A stretch of DNA of 50,984 nucleotides from Coleofasciculus chthonoplastes F2-STO-03 (GCA_040222015.1 JAVJWO010000009.1:1-50984); one strand, 5' to 3'; positions 1 to 8,909 are shown, numbered from the stretch's first letter. Program-made: numbers and translations. Notes: generated by a model not told the origin, from the sequence alone.

Positions 1-135
1 TCATTTGTCATTTGTCATTTGTCATTTGTCATTTGTCATTTGTCATTTGTCATTTGTCATTTGTCATTTGTCATTTGTCATTTGTCATTTGTCATTTGTC
101 ATTTGTCATTTGTCATTTGTCATTTGTCATTTGTC
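1..135. repeat. Heptamer tandem repeat (TCATTTG)n, about 19 copies, STRR type; cut by the window edge
   Basis: Perfect 7-bp periodicity seen directly. Confidence 0.97.
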
Positions 136-160
136 AGGGAATAGGGAATAGAGAATCCGG

Positions 161-207
161 TTCCCCTTCTCCCCAGGGAGGGAGAAGGGGCTAGGGGATG
201 AGGGGGA
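161..207. repeat. Short dispersed palindromic repeat (CCCCTTCTCCC...GGGAGAAGGGG type)
   Basis: Inverted repeat followed by GGGGATGAGGG; similar hairpins at 41100, 42739, 42961, 45539 and 46801. Confidence 0.7.
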
Positions 208-301
208 AAATGTCAAGGAGTAGATAGACACAGCTTAAAACCTTGCCAGCATTGGTTTTTTACCTGAAGTTGACACGGATGCATGGCACGTCCCTACACA
301 C

Positions 302-2014
302 TCAAAACTGCTGCCAAAGCTTAACTGTACCATCTCGATTTCCTCCTGCTAACCACTGACCCTCTGGACTTAGAGCAACAGATACCACAGAACCAGCATC
401 GTTATTGTCCAAGACAAGCAACGGTTCATCTATGCCTAGCCACCAGATCTTAATCGTACCGTCTGCATGAGCCGCGATCGCACTTTGCTGGTTATCGCTA
501 AACACAATAGACATGGCGGGTGCAGAGGGACATTGCCACATTTCTATCAGTTCAGCACGATCGAGTTGCCAGACTTTTAGCGTACCATCGGTACAGGCGG
601 CGGCTAACCGACGCCCATCGGGACTTAAGGCAAGAGAGTTGATTGAACTCAGATTGTCGGTGAGACTGAATTCTAGATCAAATGGCTGAAAATGCCATAA
701 ATCAATAATGCCATCTCCGCCGCCACTGACAAGAGTTTTGCCATCTAGACTTAAGGCGAGATCGGATAATCGTCCGGCTTCTTGAACTAAATCCTGCACA
801 AATTTTCCCTGATCCAATTGCCATAGCTTAATGGTTTGATCAAAGCTACCACTGATCAGAGTTTGGTTATCTGGCATAATCACCAGCGATCGCACGGAAC
901 CGTTATGACCTGTTAAGGTATGGCATAATTCTCCAGTCTCTAGATTCCAGACCTTAATCGTTTGATCAAATCCCCCACTCGCCAGCCATTTACCATCAGG
1001 GCTTAAGCTAAGACAGAGGATTCCCTGTTGATGATCACTAAATGTGTGAATCAGATCACCCGTCTCTAAGTGCCACAGCTTCACGGTTTTGTCTAAACTA
1101 CCACTAACCAGGATTTGACCATCAGCGCTCATTGCCAAAGCGCTAACCCAATCCTGATGTCCTTTCAGGGTTAATCTAAAGTTCCAATTGGGTAGTATTG
1201 GTTCAGGGACAAAAGCACTCGGATACGCTCTTATATCTTCTTCTCCAGCTCCCCCAGCTCCCCCAGCTCCCCCAGCTCCCCCAACTCCCCCAACTCCCCC
1301 AACTCCCCCAGCTCCCCCAGCTTCCCCAACTTCCCCAGCTCCCCCAGCTCCCCCAGCTTCCCCAACTTCCCCAGCTCCCCCAGCTCCCCCAACTCCCCCA
1401 GCTTCCCCAACTTCCCCAACTCTCCTCACAGGGGAAACCGATTCGGATGCGACAGGAAATAAGGATGGTTCACCCCCCGCCTCTGTGTGCCAATGGGTGG
1501 GTTGTTCGGGAGCAGCCGCAATCGGAATTTGGTAGTGTAGTTTATCAAGATCGGCAGTGACTTGTGCGATCGCGGCTTCGAGTTGCTCGATGTGGTTAGG
1601 CAATGAGGCACTATTGAGATAATCCACAACATTCCGCAGCGATTGTTCCACGCTAACAATTCGAGCTTGAAGTTGGGCAATTTTTATTGCTCCTAATTCA
1701 GAAGCCGGGTTCTCAATTTGAGCCAGATAGTCGGGGAGTTTGGCTTGTAGAGAGGCTAGTGCTTGCTTTTGTTGCTGTTGGTATAACGATTGACTCTCTT
1801 GGGACACTTGGCGATGCAGTTGAGCCATGGCTCCCGTTAACCGATTTCGGCTTTGTTGCTCAAACCGGAGGCGATTGATCAGATTCAGCAACAGGGCAAT
1901 TGACAACGGAACTGCCCCATAGATAATTTGACCAGACGCCGCCGCTACAGCCCAGCCAATGATTGAGACAGCAACAAAGATACACTCGGCAATTTTCAGA
2001 CGGTGAGTTAGCAT
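302..2014 (-). CDS. WD40-repeat protein with N-terminal TM hairpin, coiled coil and Gly-rich linker
   Basis: About seven GH...SGS.D.T(V/I)K(L/V)W repeats in the C-terminal half; two hydrophobic N-terminal segments. Confidence 0.92.
   Translation of the reverse strand: MLTHRLKIAECIFVAVSIIGWAVAAASGQIIYGAVPLSIALLLNLINRLRFEQQSRNRLTGAMAQLHRQVSQESQSLYQQQQKQALASLQAKLPDYLAQIENPASELGAIKIAQLQARIVSVEQSLRNVVDYLNSASLPNHIEQLEAAIAQVTADLDKLHYQIPIAAAPEQPTHWHTEAGGEPSLFPVASESVSPVRRVGEVGEAGGVGGAGGAGEVGEAGGAGGAGEVGEAGGAGGVGGVGGVGGAGGAGGAGGAGEEDIRAYPSAFVPEPILPNWNFRLTLKGHQDWVSALAMSADGQILVSGSLDKTVKLWHLETGDLIHTFSDHQQGILCLSLSPDGKWLASGGFDQTIKVWNLETGELCHTLTGHNGSVRSLVIMPDNQTLISGSFDQTIKLWQLDQGKFVQDLVQEAGRLSDLALSLDGKTLVSGGGDGIIDLWHFQPFDLEFSLTDNLSSINSLALSPDGRRLAAACTDGTLKVWQLDRAELIEMWQCPSAPAMSIVFSDNQQSAIAAHADGTIKIWWLGIDEPLLVLDNNDAGSVVSVALSPEGQWLAGGNRDGTVKLWQQF
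1243..1422. repeat. 9-bp tandem repeat (CCCCAGCTC/CCCCAACTC), about 20 units, in frame inside the WD40 gene
   Basis: Seen directly; encodes (GGA/GEV/GGV)n. Confidence 0.95.
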
Positions 2015-2101
2015 TCCCTGTTCATGTCATAAGGATTTATCTCTATCTTTTGAACTATGAATTATAAAAAAAACATAAGACGTAAGACGAATGACTAATA
2101 A

Positions 2102-3502
2102 TTAAAGACCAAGAACCATCCTGGCAATATTAAAATAAATCAACACACCCAACACATCAACCACCGTCGTAATAAACGGGGCTGACATCAAAGCCGGATC
2201 TAATCCCAGGGAACGGAACAGAAACGGTAACGCCGAACCCGCCACCGATGCCAGAATCGCGATCGCGACTAAACTGATACCCACAGCAACGGCAACAAAG
2301 ATATCATCTCTGAGCAGATACGCCCAAAGCGTTGCCACTGAGCCTAAAATTGTCCCCAATAGCGCTCCTGCCATCGCTTCACGCCCGATTACCTGTAATG
2401 AACCCATATCTCGAATTTCGTCAGTGTTTAAACCGCGAATCACCACCGTTGAAGATTGAGCGCCCACATTTCCCCCTGTACCCGTTAACAGAGGAATAAA
2501 TGCCGCCAGCGCCACAACTCTTTGTAAGATGTCTGCTTGAGAGTTAATGATGGTGGCAGTCACACTGTTTGTCAGTAACAACACAAATAACCAAACCACT
2601 CGTTTGCGGGCAACAGTTATTAAGTTGGTTTGAAAGTAATTATCGCGCCCAGATTGTACCCCACCCCCTAAGGCATAGATATCTTCAGTGGTTTCTCGTT
2701 CTAAAATATCGATCACATCATCAACGGTGACAATCCCCACTAAACGATGTTCTCGATCAACCACAGGTACAGCCAGAAAGTCGTAACGTTGGATTAACCG
2801 CGCCACGTCTTCTTGATCGGTATCGGTGTGAACACAAACAGCATCGCGACTCATGATCTCCCCCAAGGTTTGCTCCGGTGGAGACACAACCAAATCCCGC
2901 AATGAAACAATTCCACTCAGATGTCGTTCTGCATCAGTGACATAAACGTAATAAATCGTCTCCGTGGTACTGGCTAAACTACGAATTCGTTCCAGGGTTT
3001 CACCTAGAGTTAAGCTTTCTTTCAGGGAAATATACTCCGGAGTCATGATTCGCCCGGCGGTATCGGCTTCATAACCGAGGAGTTGGGCGGTGGCTTGGCG
3101 TTCCTGGGGACTCAGTTGAGCCAGTAAACGGCGAACAACTTTGGCGGGCAATTCATCAAATAATCGCACTCGATCATCGGGAGACATTTTGTCCACGATG
3201 TCAAGTACCTCTTGGCGTTTAAATTCCTCGATCAAGGATTGTTGGATGCTAGAGTCAAGATACTCGTAAACTTCGATCGCCTCAGCTTTAGAGAGTAAGC
3301 GGAACGCGATAACCTGTAGGGCGTCGGGCAATCCTTCGATCGCGTCGGCGATGTCCACAGGTTGTACGGGAACTAATACCTGTTTAGCGCCCTGAAAATT
3401 TTCTTGTTCCAACAGCATTTGCAGTTGAGTCCGAACTAACTCTCGCAATTCACTGCGCGATCCCGTCTGGAGGGGAATTTGGTTTTCGCTTAATTCAGAC
3501 AT
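2102..3502 (-). CDS. mgtE: Magnesium transporter MgtE
   Basis: MgtE_N domain, CBS pair (TAGRIMT, AVPVVD), TM motifs GGNVGAQS and DPALMSAPFITT. Confidence 0.97.
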   Translation of the reverse strand: MSELSENQIPLQTGSRSELRELVRTQLQMLLEQENFQGAKQVLVPVQPVDIADAIEGLPDALQVIAFRLLSKAEAIEVYEYLDSSIQQSLIEEFKRQEVLDIVDKMSPDDRVRLFDELPAKVVRRLLAQLSPQERQATAQLLGYEADTAGRIMTPEYISLKESLTLGETLERIRSLASTTETIYYVYVTDAERHLSGIVSLRDLVVSPPEQTLGEIMSRDAVCVHTDTDQEDVARLIQRYDFLAVPVVDREHRLVGIVTVDDVIDILERETTEDIYALGGGVQSGRDNYFQTNLITVARKRVVWLFVLLLTNSVTATIINSQADILQRVVALAAFIPLLTGTGGNVGAQSSTVVIRGLNTDEIRDMGSLQVIGREAMAGALLGTILGSVATLWAYLLRDDIFVAVAVGISLVAIAILASVAGSALPFLFRSLGLDPALMSAPFITTVVDVLGVLIYFNIARMVLGL

Positions 3503-3544
3503 AATCAGCCTGGATAGTTCTATACTGTTCTAGAGCCGGATTGC

Positions 3545-3720
3545 AAGAGTTGAATGGTGAGAGTTCTCCTCGAAGTATCCGAGGGTCATTGACGAATCAC
3601 CTCAGCTAGCGCTCACTGCCGATGTCCGACGGAGATGTCGATCACGGATTCTTAAGTCTTCAGTTTAACTTCAAGTGGTCTCTAGGTGTTTCCTGAGGGA
3701 TGAGGAATGCGTAGCAAACT
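3545..3720 (-). promoter_or_regulatory. Candidate structured 5' leader of mgtE
   Basis: Minus-strand hairpins CGAC/GTCG and CCTCGG/TCGAGG, long-range GGTGA/TCACC pairing, short Pro-containing uORF at 3717-3682. Confidence 0.35.
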
Positions 3721-3794
3721 GCTCTCTAAAACTCAACGCGATCGCGACGAAATGAGATACGAAGATTAAAACAAACTTTCTGTTTATGATGAAG

Positions 3795-3911
3795 TAAGTA
3801 GTCGGACAACATTAAATTTGACCGTTGAGATTGGGGAACAGGGAACAGTCAGGATTTGAGGCTGGTTAACATTTCTTAGGAAAGCGGACAGAATTTATGT
3901 CCAGGTATTTA
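3795..3911 (+). mobile_element. MITE of about 117 bp with imperfect terminal inverted repeats (TAAGTAGTCGGACA...TGTCCAGGTATTTA)
   Basis: Imperfect TIRs; alignable inverted copy at 6440-6556. Confidence 0.7.
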
Positions 3912-4190
3912 AGTAGGTAGGGACAATAAAAGTTAACGGCTGAAAACTCACTGATGTTTTGAATGGGTGGAAAGTTCTCTTTATTAACATCTTTCCCAAC
4001 TCACTCTCTTGGCTATCGTGAAGGTCTTCTCGCCAAATTTGATAGCTATTTATTCAGCAGACCATTTTGGGTAGAACTAATATACCGTGAGACAGAGACG
4101 AAAACACCTAACTGCTGATACCTATCCAAAACCTCCTTTAATGAACTAGGATCAAATTTTTTCTGTCATATCCTTTCCCGAAGGAGAACC

Positions 4191-5822
4191 ATGTCTTTCG
4201 ATCAGCCATCTAACTCTCACCTAGAGGTAAACTCTTCTCACCCCACCCATATTACCGCATTAGAACAGGAACTCATTGAACTGCGACGCCAAGTCTCTCG
4301 ACAGACATTACTCAACCAAATTGTTCAAGCGATGCGCGGTACACTGGTGTTGGAAGATATTCTCCAAACCACGGTCGATCAACTCCATGAAACACTTAAT
4401 GTCAGTCGCTGTTTGATTTTTCGACCGGATGGTGAGTCGCAAATGACGGCAGATCATGTTTCGGAAGCGACCGCCCAACGGGAGAGTATTTTGGGGGTCT
4501 ACTGTGATTTTTATCGGTATCACCACCAGGAATTGAGCCAGGGTCAGCCTGTGGTTGTCCCGCAAATTACTCCCAATTTTCCCGATGTGTTAATCGAGGC
4601 GGCGCAGGAATGTGAAATCTGCGCTATTTTGATTGTGCCGTTGCTTTACCAAAATTCCTATATTGGCGGGATTAGTCTACACCAGTGTGATCAGGCACGG
4701 GAATGGAACCGAGAGGATATTGAGTTTGTCCAAGCCATTGCCGATCATTGTGCGATCGCGATTCATCAAGCCCAATTGTATGCTAAGTTACAACGTGAAT
4801 TAAGAGAACGTCACCAGGTAGAAGAAGCACTCCGGCAAAGTGAAACCCGCTTTCGCACGGCGCTGAAACATGCACCATTGGTGGTGTTTAATCAAGATCA
4901 GGAGTTACGCTACACTTGGGTTTATAATGCGGTTCCTGATAGCGAAGCGGATACTATCTTGGGAAAAACCGACAGCGAACTCCTAGCACCCCAGGAAGCG
5001 CAACGTTTAATCTCCATCAAGCAGCGTGTACTGACTAGTGGGGTAGGAGTGCGAGAGGAAGTCTCCCTCACCATTAATGGTGAACTTCGATACTACGATT
5101 TGACCGTCGAACCCTTACGCAACTCAATCGGAGACATAGAGGGAATTACCTGCGCGGCAATGGATATTAGCGATCGCAAACACATCGAGGATCAGCTTAA
5201 GATTTCCTTACAGCAAAAGGAAGTACTGTTCCAAGAAATTCACCATCGGGTCAAAAATAACCTACAACTTGTCTCTAGCCTGCTTGATCTCCAATCACAG
5301 CAAATTGATGACCCTGAGATTTTTTCCCTCTTTCAAGCCAGCCAGAACCGAATCAAATCAATGGCTCTTATCCATGAAGAACTCTATCAATTTGAACACT
5401 TGCAGCGGATTAATTTTCTCAATTATATTGAAAATCTTACCTATCATTTGATTCAAACCTATGCTATTCATCCCGAATCTATTAGCCTACACCTTAATAT
5501 AGACCAAGATTTAAATCTTGATCTAGCAACCGCTATTTATTGCGGATTAATTCTCAACGAGCTAATCTCTAACGCCTTAAAACATGCCTTTAAGTCAAAC
5601 AATTATAAAGGTCATATATGGATTGAGATTTATTCAAATAAAAAAGATAATTCAAAAAATAAATTGATTGTGGGCAATAACAAGCCAACACCACTTGAAT
5701 CGATCGACTTTAATTCACCCAAAAGCTTGGGCTTGCAATTAGTCCGCGCTTTAGTAGCACAGCTTAATGGCAAGCTGGAAATAAAGAAAGCTAATAATAC
5801 AGTCTTTGAAATTGAATTTTAA
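4191..5822 (+). CDS. GAF-PAS sensor histidine kinase, HisKA_2 type
   Basis: GAF (LHQCDQAREW), PAS (FNQDQELRYTW), H-box EIHHRVKNNLQ, N-box NELISNALKHAF. Confidence 0.93.
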   Translation: MSFDQPSNSHLEVNSSHPTHITALEQELIELRRQVSRQTLLNQIVQAMRGTLVLEDILQTTVDQLHETLNVSRCLIFRPDGESQMTADHVSEATAQRESILGVYCDFYRYHHQELSQGQPVVVPQITPNFPDVLIEAAQECEICAILIVPLLYQNSYIGGISLHQCDQAREWNREDIEFVQAIADHCAIAIHQAQLYAKLQRELRERHQVEEALRQSETRFRTALKHAPLVVFNQDQELRYTWVYNAVPDSEADTILGKTDSELLAPQEAQRLISIKQRVLTSGVGVREEVSLTINGELRYYDLTVEPLRNSIGDIEGITCAAMDISDRKHIEDQLKISLQQKEVLFQEIHHRVKNNLQLVSSLLDLQSQQIDDPEIFSLFQASQNRIKSMALIHEELYQFEHLQRINFLNYIENLTYHLIQTYAIHPESISLHLNIDQDLNLDLATAIYCGLILNELISNALKHAFKSNNYKGHIWIEIYSNKKDNSKNKLIVGNNKPTPLESIDFNSPKSLGLQLVRALVAQLNGKLEIKKANNTVFEIEF

Positions 5823-5907
5823 TCAGAAAATAGTTAGGGTTGCACCATAAAAAAATATTCACAACGTTTATTTCCACCAACCTACTTACCCCTACCCTCC
5901 TTTTTGA

Positions 5908-6195
5908 CTATCCTCCTTGTTCACAAATCTCAAAAGCGTACTCTTGGGTTTCTTGCAGCTCTTGCAATACCGATGTATCAACCGCCTGAATATCTGACTG
6001 ATTTGATCTAGCTAATTTCTCCTCAACTTGATCAAATTGCTGCTGGGCTTCAGCAACAGCTAATTCTGCCTCAGTGCAAGTCTGTGTGGCTAATTCATCG
6101 AATTGATTATTACATCCAGATCCGAAAAAAACTAGCAATAATAATCCTGCACTGAACTGATTTTTTTTTTCTGGAATCAGGGAAGAAAATTTCAT
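5908..6195 (-). CDS. Small putative lipoprotein
   Basis: Hydrophobic signal ending in lipobox-like GSGC; helical body with two Cys. Confidence 0.65.
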   Translation of the reverse strand: MKFSSLIPEKKNQFSAGLLLLVFFGSGCNNQFDELATQTCTEAELAVAEAQQQFDQVEEKLARSNQSDIQAVDTSVLQELQETQEYAFEICEQGG

Positions 6196-6395
6196 ACCCA
6201 GAGAATTAAATGCACTAGAGTTACATTACTAACTACTCAGATTTATCCAGCTTTCAGGACTATTACTCGGTTTTTATTATTTCGATGATTAAAAAAAGTT
6301 AAGTAAATTGAATTTGAGTTATAATTAACTCGATTTTACCAACAGATTAAATAATCGATGATGATGCCAACGGATTTTATAAATTTCTGACTTTA

Positions 6396-6425
6396 GTTAA
6401 TTTAAACTTAACCATAAATTAATTT
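6396..6425 (+). promoter_or_regulatory. Cyanobacterial Pho box (SphR/PhoB site)
   Basis: GTTAATTT-aaa-CTTAACCA-taa-ATTAATTT: three YTTAAYYW-like units at 11-bp period upstream of phoX. Confidence 0.7.
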
Positions 6426-6439
6426 ACTCGTAGCTAACT

Positions 6440-6556
6440 TCATTACTAAGACATAAATTATGCCCACTGTACTAATAAATGTTAACAAGCATCAAATCCT
6501 TACTGTTCCCTGTTCCCTTGTCCTCATGCTTAAGTTTAATTGTGTCTGACGACTTA
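6440..6556 (-). mobile_element. Second, inverted copy of the 117-bp MITE, between the Pho box and phoX
   Basis: Reverse complement aligns along 3795-3911 (GGGAACAGGGAACAGT.AGGATTTGA core). Confidence 0.7.
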
Positions 6557-6592
6557 GAGTAAAATTTGGATGTAACTTTTTGGGGGAAGACA

Positions 6593-6934
6593 GTGGCGTT
6601 ATCCCGACGTAGTTTTCTGACCTTGGCAGGCGCGAGCGCCGCCGGAGCATTTATGGTTTCCCCGTTGGAAGCCTTTTATGCCAGAGTGACCCATGGTCAA
6701 TCCACAAATGGAGCGGGCTTTGGTTCCCTCGTCCCTGACCCCAGAGGTTTATTGGACTTACCACCCGGATTTACCTATAAAGCCTTCTCAAAAACCGGGG
6801 ATATCATGAGCGATGGGAATCCTGTACCCGGTGATCATGATGGCATGGCAGCATTTCCCGGACTCAGAGACACTACAATCCTAGTTCGCAATCACGAACT
6901 TTGTCATTGGTCATGCGTCATTTGCGATAATTGA
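6593..6934 (+). pseudogene. phoX: 5' fragment of PhoX-family (DUF839) alkaline phosphatase
   Basis: Tat motif SRRSFL, LLDLPPGFTY, HDGMAAF, LVRNHEL, then an abrupt end in repeat-like sequence; the full family is several hundred aa. Confidence 0.8.
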
Positions 6935-6942
6935 ATGGTTAG

Positions 6943-7005
6943 GTCGGGGCGGGTTTAGTTACATTAGGGTGAAAACGAAATGTTAGCAGTAAAACCCGCC
7001 CCTAC
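6943..7005. repeat. REP/REPIN-like element GGGGCGGGTTT-N-AAACCCGCCCCTAC
   Basis: Inverted arms with terminal CTAC; relatives inside cobN and at 41183 and 45622. Confidence 0.85.
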
Positions 7006-7033
7006 AAAAGATGTTTTATCGGAACGCCTCTTT

Positions 7034-7083
7034 TCCCTCTGCTGCCCCTGCTGCCCCTGCTGCCCCTGCTTCCCCCGCTTCCT
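7034..7083. repeat. 9-bp tandem repeat (CCCCTGCTG)n
   Basis: Seen directly, just after the stop of the HTH-GAF gene. Confidence 0.85.
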
Positions 7084-8028
7084 CTAGAGCCGTTGAAGAT
7101 TCTTCTGTAACTGTCGTTCTTGTCGCTGAAGTTGCTCGACCAATTCAATTTCTCGCAAACTACCGGGTTGAATATCCGTCGTTTCCCGGAGTTTTTGGGC
7201 AAGTTGATAACAAAATTGACATCGTTCTAAAATCTGGAGAATCGAAGGGGCAAACTTGGCAAATAGGACTTCATCATCTCGGGTAAAACCACGAGGATCA
7301 ATCTTCTTGACTAGATCATCTTGCGGTTGGTAGTTGGACTTTAATTTATTGATTAATTGCACCACCGCCACGAGATCTTGTTTGTCGTTTAGTAGGGGCC
7401 AAGCCAAAATGGTATAGGTGCGGTATCCGGTACGACGATCCGTCTTCTGCGCCATCTCGGAGCGCGGATCATCATAGACATCAAAGGGAATGTTAATCAC
7501 TTTTAAGGAAAAGGCGGCGAGACTAGCAATTCCTTTATTAGCCGGAATATCGATCAACAGACTACCACCGTCTCCATCCTCAGCAATCAGTGAACCCAAT
7601 TCTTGTCGTTCTTGATCCAATAAAAAAATACTGGTGCGATCCGCACGAAGCAAATTCCCGACTTTGCGGGTGAGGCGACCCAATAGTTGGCAGAGTGTTC
7701 TCACCAGTGTTTGTAACGCTTGGTCAACAGCACTCACCTCATGGCTGTAGGAGTAAGCCAGAAACTCACCCACTTCAATCGGTGAGTCAAAAACTAGATT
7801 CTGCTGGCTATCTAAACCAGCCACATCCTGCCAGTCCAATTCTAAGACTTGACAAAGTTCGACAAAGTTTAGTCCTTTAACGGGTTGTCCTTTGAGAAAG
7901 TGATTTAGGGTATCTAACGATAGTCCTAGGGCTTCCGCCAGTTCGCGATCGCGTCCATGACTCTTATCGCGCCAAGCTTGTTTGACTTTGGGAATGGACT
8001 GGGGATGCACACTAAATGACCGAATCAT
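7084..8028 (-). CDS. N-terminal Xre-like HTH fused to an adenylate-cyclase/PDE-type GAF domain
   Basis: LAEALGLSLDTLNHFLKGQPV...CQVLELDWQD HTH; GAF with QLINKL...FTRDDE (NKFDE motif). Start placed at MIRS; upstream alternative at 8088. Confidence 0.8.
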   Translation of the reverse strand: MIRSFSVHPQSIPKVKQAWRDKSHGRDRELAEALGLSLDTLNHFLKGQPVKGLNFVELCQVLELDWQDVAGLDSQQNLVFDSPIEVGEFLAYSYSHEVSAVDQALQTLVRTLCQLLGRLTRKVGNLLRADRTSIFLLDQERQELGSLIAEDGDGGSLLIDIPANKGIASLAAFSLKVINIPFDVYDDPRSEMAQKTDRRTGYRTYTILAWPLLNDKQDLVAVVQLINKLKSNYQPQDDLVKKIDPRGFTRDDEVLFAKFAPSILQILERCQFCYQLAQKLRETTDIQPGSLREIELVEQLQRQERQLQKNLQRL

Positions 8029-8360
8029 TGTTCTTCGTGGCGTTCCTCTCCCGTTCAATCCAAGATGATCATCGGAAAATAATGCCACGCCTCCATGTAG
8101 GTTTACAAATAGGTGACATAACCAAGTAAGCGACTGTGTTTATCGGTTACTTCGATTTAACCAGAGAAGCTTACAGGTACCCATCTGAACGGTTGGTCTG
8201 ATCCTAGATTAAAACGCTGTCTGTTCTTTTTACTACGATTTGTGTAAAATCTTTACGCTTCCAGCAAGGTAGCATATCAAGGAAAGCTTATGACTTGCCC
8301 AACTCTTGAAGAGCAATGCTGAAGTTAATAGCTATAGATACAAATTTTTTGCTATAATTC

Positions 8361-8376
8361 TGTAGTATTGGATACA
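8361..8376. promoter_or_regulatory. Candidate NtcA site
   Basis: TGTA-gtattgga-TACA matches GTA-N8-TAC; plus-strand TATAAT directly upstream (8353-8358). Confidence 0.4.
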
Positions 8377-8395
8377 CAAACAATACAAAAAAAAT

Positions 8396-8533
8396 ACAAA
8401 AAAAGACGCTGCTGTTTATTCAGTCCATTCAGCAACGCCCCAGCATTGAGTTTTCTAATCCTATCTATACAAATGGTATCTAACTGAGCAGAAACTGTTT
8501 GCAGTTCGTGTTCCACCCGTTTAACTGTCACAT
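8396..8533 (-). ncRNA. Candidate structured RNA, copy 1, ending in an intrinsic terminator
   Basis: Paralogue of 8745-8873; hairpin GAACTG-CAAA-CAGTTT; terminator GCGTTGCTG...CAGCAGCGT followed by a U-run. Confidence 0.6.
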
Positions 8534-8559
8534 CGATAGATTAGCCGTTCTACAACACT

Positions 8560-8700
8560 TGGACAACGCTAGACAACATTGGATATTGTTAGACATCATC
8601 CGGATTGCTTCCTGAATGTCCAATTCTGTCCAAAGATTTAGTTACAGTTATTTACCCCTTGTTTTGTCTAGGTTTGCCCACTTCTGGGTAGATTTGCCTA
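8560..8700. promoter_or_regulatory. 10-bp-phased array of TRGACA-like motifs in both orientations (candidate operator array)
   Basis: TGGACA 8560, TAGACA 8570, TGGATA 8580, TAGACA 8590; inverted TGTCCA 8617 and 8627; TGTCTA 8665, TGCCCA 8675, TGCCTA 8695. Confidence 0.5.
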
Positions 8701-8744
8701 GATTTTCGGATAACTCCTGATTTAATTTCTGTAATTTATGAAAC

Positions 8745-8873
8745 AAAAAACGCTGCTGTTATTCAGTCCATTCAGCAACGCTTCAATAATTGAGTTTTCT
8801 AATCCTGGATATATCCTAACCAAGTCAAGTCGGACTGTTTGCAATCCGCATTCCACCCTTTGAAGTGTCACAT
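8745..8873 (-). ncRNA. Candidate structured RNA, copy 2, ending in an intrinsic terminator
   Basis: Hairpin CGGATTG-CAAA-CAGTCCG; conserved AGGATTAGAAAACTCAAT block; same terminator. Confidence 0.6.
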
Positions 8874-8909
8874 TAGCTAATTTTGGATAACGGAAAATAG
8901 GTTATAAAG

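Noticed and set aside
12..194. 60-aa ORF (SFVICHL)n
   Set aside because: Translation of the heptamer repeat
1188..1680. Pro-rich, LPQ and GEL ORFs
   Set aside because: Alternative frames of the 9-bp repeat and adjacent sequence inside the WD40 gene
8350..8873. Small peptides from the twin repeats; c-di-GMP-I or cobalamin riboswitch
   Set aside because: Frame not conserved between copies; the riboswitch consensus elements are not visible, and the region is downstream of cobN
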